Notes under the pieces: model-generated
What the model was told of the DNA's origin: nothing
What the model saw: only the letters and a program-made list of their open reading frames with translations
Database searches by the model: none
Position numbers and translations under genes: made by a program
Assembly (NCBI RefSeq): GCF_006345805.1
Contig: NC_043001.1
Location: forward strand, 81,592,001-81,656,000
Source: Octopus sinensis
Taxonomy: Eukaryota
DNA: 64,000 nucleotides
Direction of reading: 5' to 3'
In this document: positions 22,236 through 34,495 of the stretch, in pieces
How positions within the stretch are numbered: the stretch's first letter is position 1
Layout of the letters: every line of letters starts with the position of its first letter

Positions 22236-23920
22236 CATCATCATCATCGTTTAGCGTCCGTTTTCCATGCTAGCATGGGTTGGACGGTTTCTACTGGGGT
22301 CTGTGAAGCCAGAAGGCTTCATCAGGCCCAGTCAAATCTGGCAGTGTTTCTACGGCTGGATGCCCTTCCTAACGCCAACCACTCCGAGAGTGTAGTGGGT
22401 GCTTTTTACGTGCCACCCGCACAGGTGCCAGACAGAGCTGGCAAACGGCCACGAACGGATGGTGCTTTTTATGTGCCACCGGCACGAAGGCCAGGCGAGG
22501 CTGGCAACGGACATGAAACGGGGCGGTGCTGGCAATGGTCGCGAAACGGAAGGTTCTCTTACATGCCACCGGCACTGGTAACACATCTGCAATTTCCATT
22601 GATCGATTTCGATTCTGATCCTCACTTGCCTCAACGGGTCTTCACAAGTAGAGTTTCAACATGCCACCGGCACTGGTAACACATCTGCAATTTCCATTGA
22701 TCGATTTTGATTCTGATCCTCACTTGCCTCAACGGGTCTTCACAAGTAGAGTTTCAACATGCCACCGGCACTGGTAACACATCTGCAATTTCCATTGATC
22801 GATTTTGATTCTGATCCTCACTTGCCTCAACAGGTCTTCACAAGTAGAGTTTCAACATGCCACCGGCACTGGTAACACATCTGCAATTTCCATTGATCGA
22901 TTTTGATTCTGATCCTCACTTGCCTCAACAGGTCTTCACAAGTAGAGTTTTGTGTCCCAAGAAGGGGAGGTATGCATACGTAGGCTGGCTCCATCCCATG
23001 TAGAAGGCCATGGGTTATGGACTCACTTGTCCTGCCAGGTCTTCTCGCGCACAGCACACTTCCAAGGACTCGGTCTCTAGTCATTTCCTCAGTGAGACCT
23101 AAAGTTCGAAGGTCATGCTTCACCACCTCGTACCAGGTTTTCCTGGGTCTGCCTCTTCCACAGGTTCCCTCAACCGCTAGGGTGTGGCACTTTTTCACAA
23201 ACTATCTTCATCCATTCTCACCACATGACCATACCAGCGCAAACGTCTCTCTTGCACACCACAACTGATGCTTCTTAGGTCCAGCTTTTCTCTCAAGGTA
23301 CTTACACTCTGCCGAGTATGAGTACTGACATTACACATCCATCGGAGCATACTGGCTTCATTTCTTGCGAGCTTACGCATATCCTCAGCAGTCACGGCCC
23401 ATGTTTCACTGCCATGTAGTATGGCTGTTCGTACACACGCATCATACAGTCTGCCTTTCACTCTGTGCGAGAGGCCTTTTGTCACCAGCAGAGGTAAGAG
23501 CTCTCTGAACTTTGCCCAAGCTATTCTTACTCTAGCAGTTACACTTTCAGCACACCCGCCCCCGCTGCTGACTTGGTCACCTAGGTAACGGAAACTATCA
23601 ACTATTTCTAGTTTTTCTCCCTGGAAAGTGACGGAAGTTGGTCTCAGAGCATTTTCAGTGTTTATTGTTCCTGAGCATCTGCCACATACAAAAACCATCT
23701 TCCTAGTTAGCCTTCCTTTGACATTGCTGCACCTCTTATGTGTCCATAGCTTACACTTGGTGCATCTTATAGAGTTTCTACCTACACCTTTTCTACAGAT
23801 CGAGCAGGGCCATCTACCTGAAGGCGGTTGTGATTTGTCTACCTTCCTACTGATTACGACTTTGGTTTTAGCTAGATTGACTTTGAGGCCCTTCGATTCT
23901 AATCCTTGTTTCCACACCTG
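22236..23920 (-). mobile_element. 5'-truncated RTE-clade LINE (RT C-terminus, Cys-rich finger, 3' UTR, (ATG)n tail)
   Basis: ORF 23195-23944: WKQGLESKGLKVNLAKTKV, CSICRKGVGRNSIRCTKCKLWTHKRCS, FRYLGDQ, RLYDACVRTAILHGSETW, RRLRWYGHVVRM; continues after a frameshift as KKCHTLAVEGTCGRGRPRKTW. Confidence 0.95.
22561..22950. repeat. four tandem 98-bp copies in the RTE 3' UTR
   Basis: ACATGCCACCGGCACTGG starts at 22561, 22659, 22757 and 22855. Confidence 0.95.
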
Positions 23921-24329
23921 TACATATATATATATATATGTCATGCCTTTTAACTTGTTTAGTGCATTCAGTCAGTGCCCCAGGTGATCATGAAAGGTGG
24001 ATGCAGACAGGTAAACAGGGGCAGTAGTGGCAGGGGGTGGAGGTTAAATAGGATATGGAGGAGAGGAGAGAGAGAAAGAGAAGAGGAACAAAGTGTGTTT
24101 TGAAGAGGTAAATATACAAAACAGACTATCATGCAAAGGTCCCCAGAGCTAACAGTTGGAATAATTAATTTAATTCATTTACATATTTACACAAGCACAG
24201 CTGTGTAGTTCTGAAGTTTGCTTTGCAGCAATGTAGTTAGCAGGGTTCGGTCTCAAGTTGTGAATCTTCTGTCATGTACTTGGGGTAACCACAAAACTTA
24301 AGAGTGAAATATGGTGGACAGGTGGTGTT

Positions 24330-24479
24330 GGTTGTGTGGTTAAAGAATTCCATTTTGCAGCCATGTGGTTTTGTGTTCAGTACCACTGCATGGCGTGTTG
24401 GACCAAGTGTCTTCTGTCGTAGCTCTGAACCAACCAATGCTTTGTTAGTGAATTTGGTAGACGGAAACTGAAAGAAGCC

Positions 24480-24531
<52 letters not shown>

Positions 24532-24745
24532 GTATATGTGTATATGTTTATTGCCCCCAACATCGCTTGACAACCGATGCAGGTGTGTTTACATCCCCGT
24601 AACTTAGCGGTTCGGCAAAAGAGACCGATAGAATAAGTACTAGGCTTACAAAGAATAAATCCTGGGGGCGATTTGATCGACTAAAGGCGGTGCTCCAGCA
24701 TGGCCACAGTCAAATGACTGAAACATGTAAAAGAGTAAAAGAGCA
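24330..24745 (+). mobile_element. composite SINE with internal (TA)n
   Basis: Head plus near-consensus tail ending GTAAAAGAGTAAAAGAG. Confidence 0.9.
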
Positions 24746-25609
24746 TGAACGAAATGGAAGAATACAAAAATAAACATTATTTTCTATCCTATTGCTAGCT
24801 TTGTTTCAGTTTGAAAAATTAAAATTTATTTTATGATTTATTATTGTTTATATTTAGAATTACATAAGGTGGTACCAAAATCTTTTAAGTACTTAGGGTC
24901 TCCATGGGTCTCAATCTGGTTCGGCCTCCCACCATTTTTTGAACTTCGACTACCACTGCAACTGACCCAAAAGACCCCAATTCACACGCTGCTGGTAACA
25001 AAAAAACCAAAGCTTCCCACCCATCAAACTTCACTCCGCTGTTCTAAAAATGCATGAATAAACTGGTTAACTTGTGGGTGGATATAATTATGAAAGAAAA
25101 TAAAGTGGAGGGGGTCACGACTGGAGCACCAATTGAAAGTTGAAAATTTGCCACTAAGACATATGCGGGAACAGAAGTTTCAACATCCCACAGAAGGAGT
25201 CTTAAAGTAACAGTGGGCACTCTTACTGACTAGAACTTGGCTGACACCAGAATCTACAGGCAAACAGACAAGTCTTGGAATGAGACAGTTTGGCACAGCA
25301 GTTTGGATGCTAATGGTTCGTCACGGTTAACTGGACATTCAGCCTGTTTTGGCAACTGTAGTCTGACAGCAGAGACAAAAAACACACTCATCCACACACA
25401 CAAACACAAGCAGAAACACACAGACATAAATGGAGAGAGAGAGACAAACATTACACATATATACAAATGCACATAGAGATAAAGGGAGGGATTGGAGAGA
25501 ACAAGAGAGACATCAAAATGAGAGAAATATTGATTTCAAATTTTGGCATGGGGAGGATTTAAGTCGATTACATCAACCCTAGTGCTCTACTGGTACTTAT
25601 TTTATCAAG

Positions 25610-25975
25610 GCGGTGAGCTGGCAGAAACTTTGGCATGCCGGGCGAAATGCTTAGCGGTATTTCGTCTGCGTTACGTTGTGAGTTCAAATTCCGCCGAGGT
25701 CGACTTTGCCTTTCATCCTTTCGGGGTCGATAAATTAAGTACCAGTTATGCACTGGGGTCGATGTAATCGACTTAATACCTATGTCTGTCCTTGTTTGTC
25801 CCCTCTGTGTTTAGCCCCTTGTGGGTAATAAAGAAATAGGTACTTATTTTATTGACCCTGAAAGGATGAAAGACAAAATTAACCTCAGCAGAATTTGAAC
25901 TCAGAATGTAAAGGCAAACAAAATAGTGCTAAGAATTTCGTCCAGCATGCAAACAAATCTGCCAGCTTGCTGCTT
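25610..25975. mobile_element. Meta-core SINE (+, 25610-25845) abutting an inverted fragment (-)
   Basis: GGCGGTGAGCTGGCAGAA..GAGTTCAAATTCCGCCGAGGTCGACTTTGCCTTTCATCC near consensus. Confidence 0.9.
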
Positions 25976-26579
25976 TTAAATGTGAGAAATATTAAAATGA
26001 CTGATATCAAATAAGATGGAGATGAATCAGCATACCAAATATGCAGCGCCAAAACATCTCATATCCAACAAGTCTCTATGTACTAGAAACAACAGCTAAT
26101 CCTTTCTCAAACCACACCACTACCTTAAGACACCCACCACTACCCTGGTGCACTGATCCTGAAAGAATGCTTGAAGGCACTAGGCACGATATATAAATCT
26201 GCCAAATTGGGTTTCCATGGCATGAAACTCTTAGTAGCTCCTACTTAAATGCTGTGTATATTAAATGATATTTATGGAATACCCTTTTTTTGTTGACCCC
26301 ACTTATAACAGGACAATAAGCTATATCGTCATCGTTTAACGTGTGCTTTCCATGTTGGCATGGGTTGGATGGTTTGACAGGAGCTGACTAGGCAGAAGAC
26401 TGCACCAGACATCTGTGTCTGTTTTGGCATGGTTTTTACAGCTGGATGCTCTTCCTAACACCAACCACCCAGGCATAAATAATGGTCATTGCATGTTCCT
26501 TTACTGTAGTAGATTTGACCTACAGCTGTTTCCTTACAGCTCTCTCTCTCTCTCATACATACATACATACATACATACA

Positions 26580-26790
26580 TATGATAGATCGTTAGCTCCA
26601 ACACGCATTTTTTTCTCTCCTTGTTTTTTTCTGTGTATCTTTCTGTCAAAGAGCATAGGCTCGAAACGTAAAAGGCTTTTTCTATTTCTATTCCTGAGCA
26701 CTATACTAATACATTTGTTTCTTTGTACTCCACCTGCCTTCGTCTTTTGTTTATTTTCGTAAACTTTCCCTATATTCAGTTCCTCTCTAC
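26580..26790 (+). mobile_element. Penelope-like terminus with hammerhead-like motif
   Basis: CTTT-CTGTCAA-A-GAGC(ATAG)GCTC-GAAA-CG-TA|AAAG at 26639-26674. Confidence 0.5.
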
Positions 26791-27149
26791 CAGATTCACT
26801 CACAAAGCTTTGGTTGTTCTTGAGGTAGAGTAAAAGACATTTGCCAAAAGTGCCACTGAACCCAAAACCGTTCTTCAACCCACAGCCACAACTGTGCATG
26901 CAGTACTATTTTAAACAAGATGAAGACCATGGATCTCTCTCAATCAGCCAGTTATCTGTTTCCCACAGGTTTACAACATCAGCTTTCCAGAACAATAACA
27001 ACAGGAATACAGAAAGACTAAACTGCAGAGGAAACACAACATGCTTACACTGCATGTTGGTATATACAAAATGATACTCCACAAGGCAAGCACTGTACAT
27101 TTGGATCTACAGACCTATGGATTATTCATAGACATTTCACCAACTAACT

Positions 27150-27373
27150 TTAACCCTTTAGCATTTAGATTATCCTGTCAAATGAAATGCCTATTTATTT
27201 ACTTAATTTTGAATTAATCATACATTAATTTGTAGCTTCAAGATTTCAGTGGTGTGAATGTTTATTTTTTACAATGACATTGTGTAGGTGTGAGAGGCTG
27301 GATATGACCAGTTTGAAAATAAAAGAAGAAAGGTTTGGGTCAGATATGGTTGGTTTAAATGCTAGAAGTTTAA
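27150..27373. mobile_element. piggyBac-like MITE (TTAA ends)
   Basis: TTAA-CCCTTTAGCATTT ... AAATGCTAGAAGT-TTAA; same family as 36447 and 61156. Confidence 0.8.
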
Positions 27374-28021
27374 GCCAATAAGGGAGCCTCTATGTAGTTA
27401 CTCAACAGCCTAGAAACAGCAACCAAATCACCCACAAATCACACCCAACTAATTTAGGAAGGACAACAGACGATATAGTCCTAGGTTTTCTACATGTAGG
27501 AAAATGATGGCATGGTAAAAACTGAAATGTCTTTGGTCATAGGTTTTCTCAACCAGGACTGACCCAGGGCTACAAAACAACAGCAATTATTCCTGCTACT
27601 AGCACACTACTACTACCACCACCACCACCATTACCACTACTCTGGTGTATTCAATGTAAAGAACCAATCAGAACCAAGTGGAGCAAATCCCAATACACAT
27701 CTACCCAATACCGAAATAAATACAACACACACACGCACACATACATATATATCCATCCATCCAATTTATTCCCCTGTGGTTGCTTCCATCACCACCATCA
27801 TATGAGTTTAGTCCCAGTGGCAGCCGTTACCACCAACACCACCATCTTACAGACTGATTCCCTGTGGCCGCCACCACCACCACCACCGCTGCCGCCAACA
27901 CCCTGTTCTTCACCTCAAAGCAATCATGAATTTCTAAAGTTTTTCCAGTTTACCTTTGTGTGGGTTGTCAAATGATGCACTACCGCCCCTACACACATTT
28001 TACCAGAACAGCAAATTCCCA

Positions 28022-28130
<109 letters not shown>

Positions 28131-28299
28131 TATGCTGCAATTACATAAAAGTACATTATGGGACCACACACACACACACACACACATCTTTGTCAGATAA
28201 GATGAAGCTTGGCTCTAACAATTCCCTGTATGTTGTCTCTGGGAAACAACTCCATAGCGTTCCAATTATTACGCCTTCTCCAAACTGAACCAAACCTAC

Positions 28300-28329
28300 C
28301 TCTTTCTTTAAAATGTCTCGCTTGTTCAT
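28300..28329 (-). CDS. candidate alternative first coding exon (MNKRDILKKE)
   Basis: ATG at 28329, 10 codons, then GAG|gtaggt donor in phase 0, compatible with exon 13230-13436; embedded in CpG-rich unique sequence 28300-28800. Confidence 0.35.
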
Positions 28330-29001
28330 CCGTAACACGCTAACCCTATCCCTGCCCCTTTCCCAACTTGGCTCAGCTCAACCCAGCTCGGTCCAACCCA
28401 CCTTCGTTCGGCTATACATCGCCATAGCAACTACCTCTTCTGCACAGCATGTATTTCAATGTACAGACCAGACTGGTGTAGATAGAGATATTCACGTGTA
28501 CATACAAAGATAGAATCTAAAACACACACACATGTACATACGTGTATGCATGCGTACATGCGTTCTGCACTGCATCACATTCTCAGCTGCACTCTTTTAC
28601 ATGTTGCAAAAGAGATTCCACGAAGAGATAGAATTGCAAACATTTTTGTGAATGCCAGGAAAAAGACGATTAAGTCAATAAGTAAATAAAGGAAGAGAAG
28701 AACAACAACAAGAACGGTGGCGATTATGTAAACGTTAAATGCGAAACAGAGCGAACACCAGAACACACGTAACATATGTGTATGTCTGTACATGAATATA
28801 TATGTGCACATGTGTGTGTGTGTGTCTATATATACACACACACACACACAAATATAATCATCATCATTTAAGATCTACTTTTCATACTGGTGTATATATA
28901 TATATATATGAGGAAATCAGTGTATGTATGTGTGTGTGTGTGCATGAGTCTGTGTATGTCTAAGTATACATGCGTGGGTGTATGTATATATATGCAAGTG
29001 A

Positions 29002-29058
<57 letters not shown>

Positions 29059-29622
29059 TGTGCATGTATGTATATATATATGTATATATATATATATATA
29101 TGCTTGTGTGTATACATGTATACATATTTAGCTATATATGCATGTATGTATAAGCATAAACACACACATATGTATGCATGTATACATACAAGCACATATA
29201 TATATATATACATGCACATATATGTGTGTGTATATATATATATATATACACACAGACACGTGCGTGTATATATGTGTGCTTGTGTGAATACATGCATACA
29301 TATTTAGCTATATATATGCATGTACGTATATGCACACACACACATATATGTATGCATATGTGTGTGTAAGTATTGTACATGTATATTTAAGTTCAGATTA
29401 TATTTTTAGATCCAGTTACTTTAAGCCAGTCACTGGAGTACAGTTAGGGAAGTAAAGAATGACAGCAAAAACCATCAATGTTTATATATACACAATGAAG
29501 AGACTCTACTACAAGGCTGCAGTTGTTTTCGTTGTACAGCGCCAAGTCAACCGTCTTTGAAAAGACCTACAATGAAAGACATTTCAAACACCCAAATCCC
29601 ATCCTTTTATATGTGCAAGCAC

Positions 29623-29657
<35 letters not shown>

Positions 29658-29709
29658 CAAGTGTGTATGTATACATGTGTGTGTGTGAGTGTATGCATAT
29701 ATATATATA

Positions 29710-30185
29710 CATATATATATGAGTAGCTTGCTTACAAACCACAAGGTTCTGGGTTTAGTCCTACTGTGTGGCACCTTGGGCAAGTATCTTCTATTACAGC
29801 CTTGGTCTGACCAAAGCCTCATGAGTGAATTTGGTAGACGGAAACTGAAAGAAGCCCGTCGTATATATGTACATGTATATATGTGTGTATATGTTTGTTC
29901 CCCCAACATTGTTTGACAACCAATGTTGGTGCATTTACGTGCCTGTAACTTAGCAGTTCAGCAAAAGAGACTGATAGAATAAGCACTAGGCTTACAAAGA
30001 ATAAGTCCTGGGGTCGATTTGCTCGACTAAAGGTTGTGCTTTCAGTTTCCGTCAAGCAAATCCACTCACAAGGCTTTGGTCAGCCCAAGGCTATAGTAGA
30101 AGACACTTGCCCAAGGTGCCACACAGTGAGACTGAAACTGGAACCATCTGGTTGGTAAGCAAGCTACTTACCACACAGCCAGCCA
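29710..30185. mobile_element. fold-back SINE pair (+ composite, then - head)
   Basis: 29710-29855 is the reverse complement of 30040-30180. Confidence 0.85.
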
Positions 30186-30189
30186 CACA

Positions 30190-30221
<32 letters not shown>

Positions 30222-30611
30222 ATAGGACTACATTATCTAATGCATCTCTGCCTTATTTAAGATGGCAGGATTTGATTTGAGAAGTTTCGCTGCTAATTCT
30301 ATCAATTTGAGAAACCACAAAAGGTTTCTTTGTTTTAGGTTTCAAGTTAATTACACTGGTGATTTAATTAACTAAGGAAAGAGGTAATGGGGCTTCTATA
30401 AGTAATTACTTTTCAACCTGTTAGAAACAGCAGCCTAACGTTCCCTTAAAATTCATGGTACCAACTAAATAAAGAAAAAAGAGCAGTAAGAACATTGGAT
30501 AATGCTGTCTAGATATACAAAGTCAGAATAAAAGATATATGGTGGCCACAGCTGGAGCACTGTTGATTATGGTTCCAGGCATCGGAACAAGGTTGATTTG
30601 GGGTTAAATTA

Positions 30612-31135
30612 TCATCATCATCATCATCGTTTAAAGTCCGCTTTCCATGCTGGCATGGGTTGGACGGTTCAACTGGGGTCTGGGAAGCCAGAAGGCTGCA
30701 CCAGGCTCCAGTCTGATCTGGCAGTGTTTCTACAGCTGGATGCCCTTCCTAACGCCAACCACTCCGTGAGTGTAGTGGGTGCTTTTTACGTGCCACCGGC
30801 AAGGGGACCAGACGAAGCTGGCAACGGCCACGGTCGGATGGTGTTTTTTACGTGCCAGATGAGGCTGGCAAACGGCCACGATCGGATGGTGCTTTTTACG
30901 TGCCACCGGCATGGGGACCAGACGAAGCTGGCAACGGCCACGGTCGGATGGTGTTTTTTACGTGCCACCGGTACGGATGCCAGTCGGGCGGCGCTGGCTA
31001 CGGCCACGTTTGGATGGTTCTCTTACGTGCCACCGGCACTGGTATCACAGCTACAAATTCCATTGATGTTGACAGATTACGATTTTGATTTTCACTTGCC
31101 TCAACAGGTCTTCACAAGTGGAGTTTTGTGTCTGA
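30612..31135 (-). mobile_element. RTE 3' UTR fragment with internal short duplications
   Basis: Collinear with 22236-22650 and 22930-22960; has a single copy of the 98-bp unit. Confidence 0.9.
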
Positions 31136-31204
31136 GAAGAGAAATTCTGTACGATCACTTGACCTTCAAAATGGAAGGATGATGGATTGAATAATGAAGT
31201 CCTA

Positions 31205-31575
31205 TTCTTTGTTTTACTTCTTTTAGTCATTTGACCATGGCCATGCTGGAACACCACCTTAGAGGGTTTTTTAGTTGAAGAAACCGAGCCCAGGACTTAT
31301 TCTTTGTAAGCCTAGTACTTATTCTATTGGCCTCTTTTTGCCGAACTGCAAAGTTACGGGTATGTAAACACACCAACATCATTTAAGTGGTGGTGGGGGA
31401 CAAACACAGATATACATACATACATACATATATATAACAGGATCTTTCAGTTCCCATCTACCAAATTCACTCACAAGGCCTGAGGCTACAGAAGACGCTT
31501 GCTCAAGGTGCCAAGCAGTGGAAGTGAACCCGGAACCATGTGGTTGGGAGGCAAGCTTTGTACCACACAGCCAAA
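31205..31575 (-). mobile_element. composite SINE
   Basis: Reverse match to the bipartite SINE. Confidence 0.8.
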
Positions 31576-32536
31576 ATGATTGGATGGTCACAGAGGGAAC
31601 ATTCTTGATTATGTGGCTGTTGGATCAAGACTGACCTGGGGCTACTACTAAATAAAAGGAGCAGAACAAGGAAAATGCAACCCGCCTCCTGTGCCATATG
31701 TGGGTTATATATTCTGTTACCTTTTGTTTCATTCACTGGGTTAGTTGATCAAATTGACCCCAGTGCTTATTCTAAGTCTGGCACTTATTTTATCAGTCTC
31801 TTGTGGCAAACAGCTAGTTCACAGGGATGTAATCAAACCAACACCAGTTGTTAAGTAGTGGAAGGGCAGACACCAAAATGAAGACACACACAATAGGATT
31901 CTCTCAGTGTCTGCCTACCAAATCAACTTACAAGGCACAGACTGGACTGGGGCTGTAATACAAGACACCTGCCCGAGGTGCCACACAGTGGACTGAACCC
32001 AAAACCATGTGCTTGGCAAGAAAGCTTCTTCATCAAACAGCCATATCTGGCCCTAGTTGTTGCACAGATTAATGCAACATAGATGCAATCAACAACAGTA
32101 GTTGCAATTATTAAAAAATACCGGAACAGTTAAAGACCAGACATTACAAACTGATGATGATGATGATGATGATGATGCGTGTGTGGGGTGGGTGGGGGAA
32201 GAATGATGCAACAGAATAACGGTCAATTATTTTCCTAATCTTCACTGTCTGAGAGATCCATTAAAGAAGAGACATTTGCTGCAAGGCAGAGAGAGTCTAA
32301 AGAATGGGTAGGCACACACACACACACACAAGCATACACACACACACTAAACATATACCCACACCACACATACACAATAGACAAATATCTGTATTTATAA
32401 TTACGTAACTATAATACAAGCCAGGCATTGTCTAGGCAGCAAACATAAGTAAATCTACAAATAACAGGCAATTATACATAAATTAAAACAGCCACTTATT
32501 TGCAAACTTATATATATATATATATATATATATATA

Positions 32537-32924
32537 CTAGCAGTATCGCCCGGGGTTTGTAAGGGAAATAACTATATAAGCATTTTTAGAGATGTAAAGT
32601 ATAATAGCCATCTCAATACGGTTAACCACAAAGGATGGGGGTGTTACTGTAGCTTTTTACGTTCTGAGATTTAATAATAAATTTTTAGAGAATTACTTCT
32701 CTTATATATGCCAAAAATGCATTAAAATGGGAAAAATTGATGGTTAATTTTCTTTTAAATCGTAGACTCATCGTAGACGCACGCTAATACCCAGAAGAGC
32801 TCGATATGAATCACGACTATAAGATACCCGGTTTTGGTTAAACTGCACCGCAAAATGTGGGAGTAGTTAAGAATCTAAATCGTAGGAAACAGACAGCACA
32901 CAACCTCACTTTTATATATAAAGA
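32537..32924 (-). mobile_element. non-autonomous Helitron-like element
   Basis: Minus strand A|TCTTTATATATAAAAG ... CCGGGCGATACTGCTAG|T: TC/CTAG ends, AT target and no TSD. Confidence 0.8.
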
Positions 32925-32929
32925 TATAT

Positions 32930-33420
32930 ACATAGGTGCAGGTGTAGCTGTGTGGTAAGAAACTTGCATCCCAACCACATGGTCCTAGGTTCAATCCCAC
33001 TGCGTGGAACCTTGGGCAAGTGTCTTCTACTAAAGCCTTGTGCCGATCAAAGCCTTGTGAGTGGATTCGGTAGATGGAAAATGAAATAAGTCCATCATAT
33101 GTGTGTGTGTATATATGTATCTGTGTAAGTCTTTGTAGCTGTGTTTATGTCCCCGGTTGTTATGGGGACATAAACACACAAGCATCGGTTGTCAAGTGAT
33201 GTTAGGGAGGGACAAATACAGACATACATACATATATATATACACACATATATACGACTGACTTCTTTCAGTTTCCGTCTACCAAATCCACTCACAAGGC
33301 TTTGGTCGGCCCGAGGCTATAGTAGAAGACACTTGCTCAAGGTGCTATGCAGTGGGACTGAACTCGGAACCATGTGGTTGGTATGCAAGCTACTTACCAC
33401 ACAGCCACTCCTATGCCTGA
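32930..33420. mobile_element. inverted SINE pair
   Basis: + head 32935-33095 and - composite 33140-33415. Confidence 0.85.
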
Positions 33421-33504
33421 GTATTTTACCCTAATAAAACTGAAAAAAGTTGCCAGCAGACGGCTGCAGGACACGAACCCACACCCCTCAGGTACCTGGT
33501 GAGT

Positions 33505-33770
33505 CATCATCATCATCATTTAACATCCGTTTTTCATGTTGGCATGGGTTTGATGGTTTGACCAGGGCTGGTAAGCTGAGGGGCTGCACCAGACTCAAGT
33601 CCGATTTGGCATTGTTTCTATGGTTGGATACCCTTCCTAACGCCAACTACTTCAAGAGTGTAATGGATACTTTTACGTGCCGGTTGCAGGACACCAGTAT
33701 CCCCCATGACTACAATTTCACTTGGCTTGATGGGTCTTCTTCTCAAGCACGGCATATTGCCACATCCCGC
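33505..33770 (-). mobile_element. RTE 3' tail inserted into an older repeat
   Basis: CATCATCATCATTTAACATCCG..GGATACCCTTCCTAACGCCAAC. Confidence 0.8.
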
Positions 33771-34079
33771 TGACAACAGTTACTGTCAATTTCAAAGCTG
33801 AATTGCAAGCTATTTGAATACAATAACATTTTATAAACAAACTTTGGGAGTGCCAAACGTGTTGGTATTTTGCAGAGAAGAAAGTAAATTTTGAAGGTGT
33901 AAGAACAACAGAGAAAAATTAGGTATTTACTTTCTTGTCGCATTAAAATAAATTATAATTTAGCAAGTGCTCGGCCACTTGCACGTAAATTTCATAAGCA
34001 GGCTGTTCCAGCTAATCAAATCAATTAAAATACTCATCACCATTAGCAACAAAAAGCCAGATTTACCCTACAATGTCTT

Positions 34080-34495
34080 TCAAAGGTGGCGAACTGGCAG
34101 AAATGTTAGCACGCCGGGCGAAATGCTTAGCGGTATTTCATCTGCCGAAATGTTCTGAGTTCAAATTCCGCCACACCTGACTTTGCCTTTAACCCCTTCG
34201 GGGTCAATTAAATAAATACGAGTTTCGTACTGGGGTCGATATAATCAACTTAATTTGTTTGTCTGTCCTCTCTGTGTTTAGCCCTTTGTGGGTAGTAAAG
34301 AAATAGGTATTTCATCTGCCGCTACGTTCTGAGTTTAAATTCTGCTGCGGTCGACTTTGCCTTTCATCCCTTCGCGGTTGATTAAATAAGTACCAGTTAT
34401 GCACTGGGGTCGATATAATCGACTTAATCCGTTTGTCTGTCCTTTTTTGTCCCCTCTATGTGTAGCCCCTTGTGGGCATTAAAGAATTAAGAAAC
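34080..34495 (+). mobile_element. dimeric Meta-core SINE
   Basis: Two head-to-tail units joined at GGTAGTAAAGAAATAGGTATTTCATCTGCCG. Confidence 0.85.

Noticed and set aside
21903-22679. 258-aa plus-strand ORF (also 18413-18985 and 30598-31182)
   Set aside because: Chance read-through across microsatellite and SINE/RTE 3' UTR sequence.
26906-27030. Minus-strand acceptor gtgtttcctctgcag followed by FSLSVFLLLLFWK..
   Set aside because: Ends in a stop with no donor and no recognisable motif.
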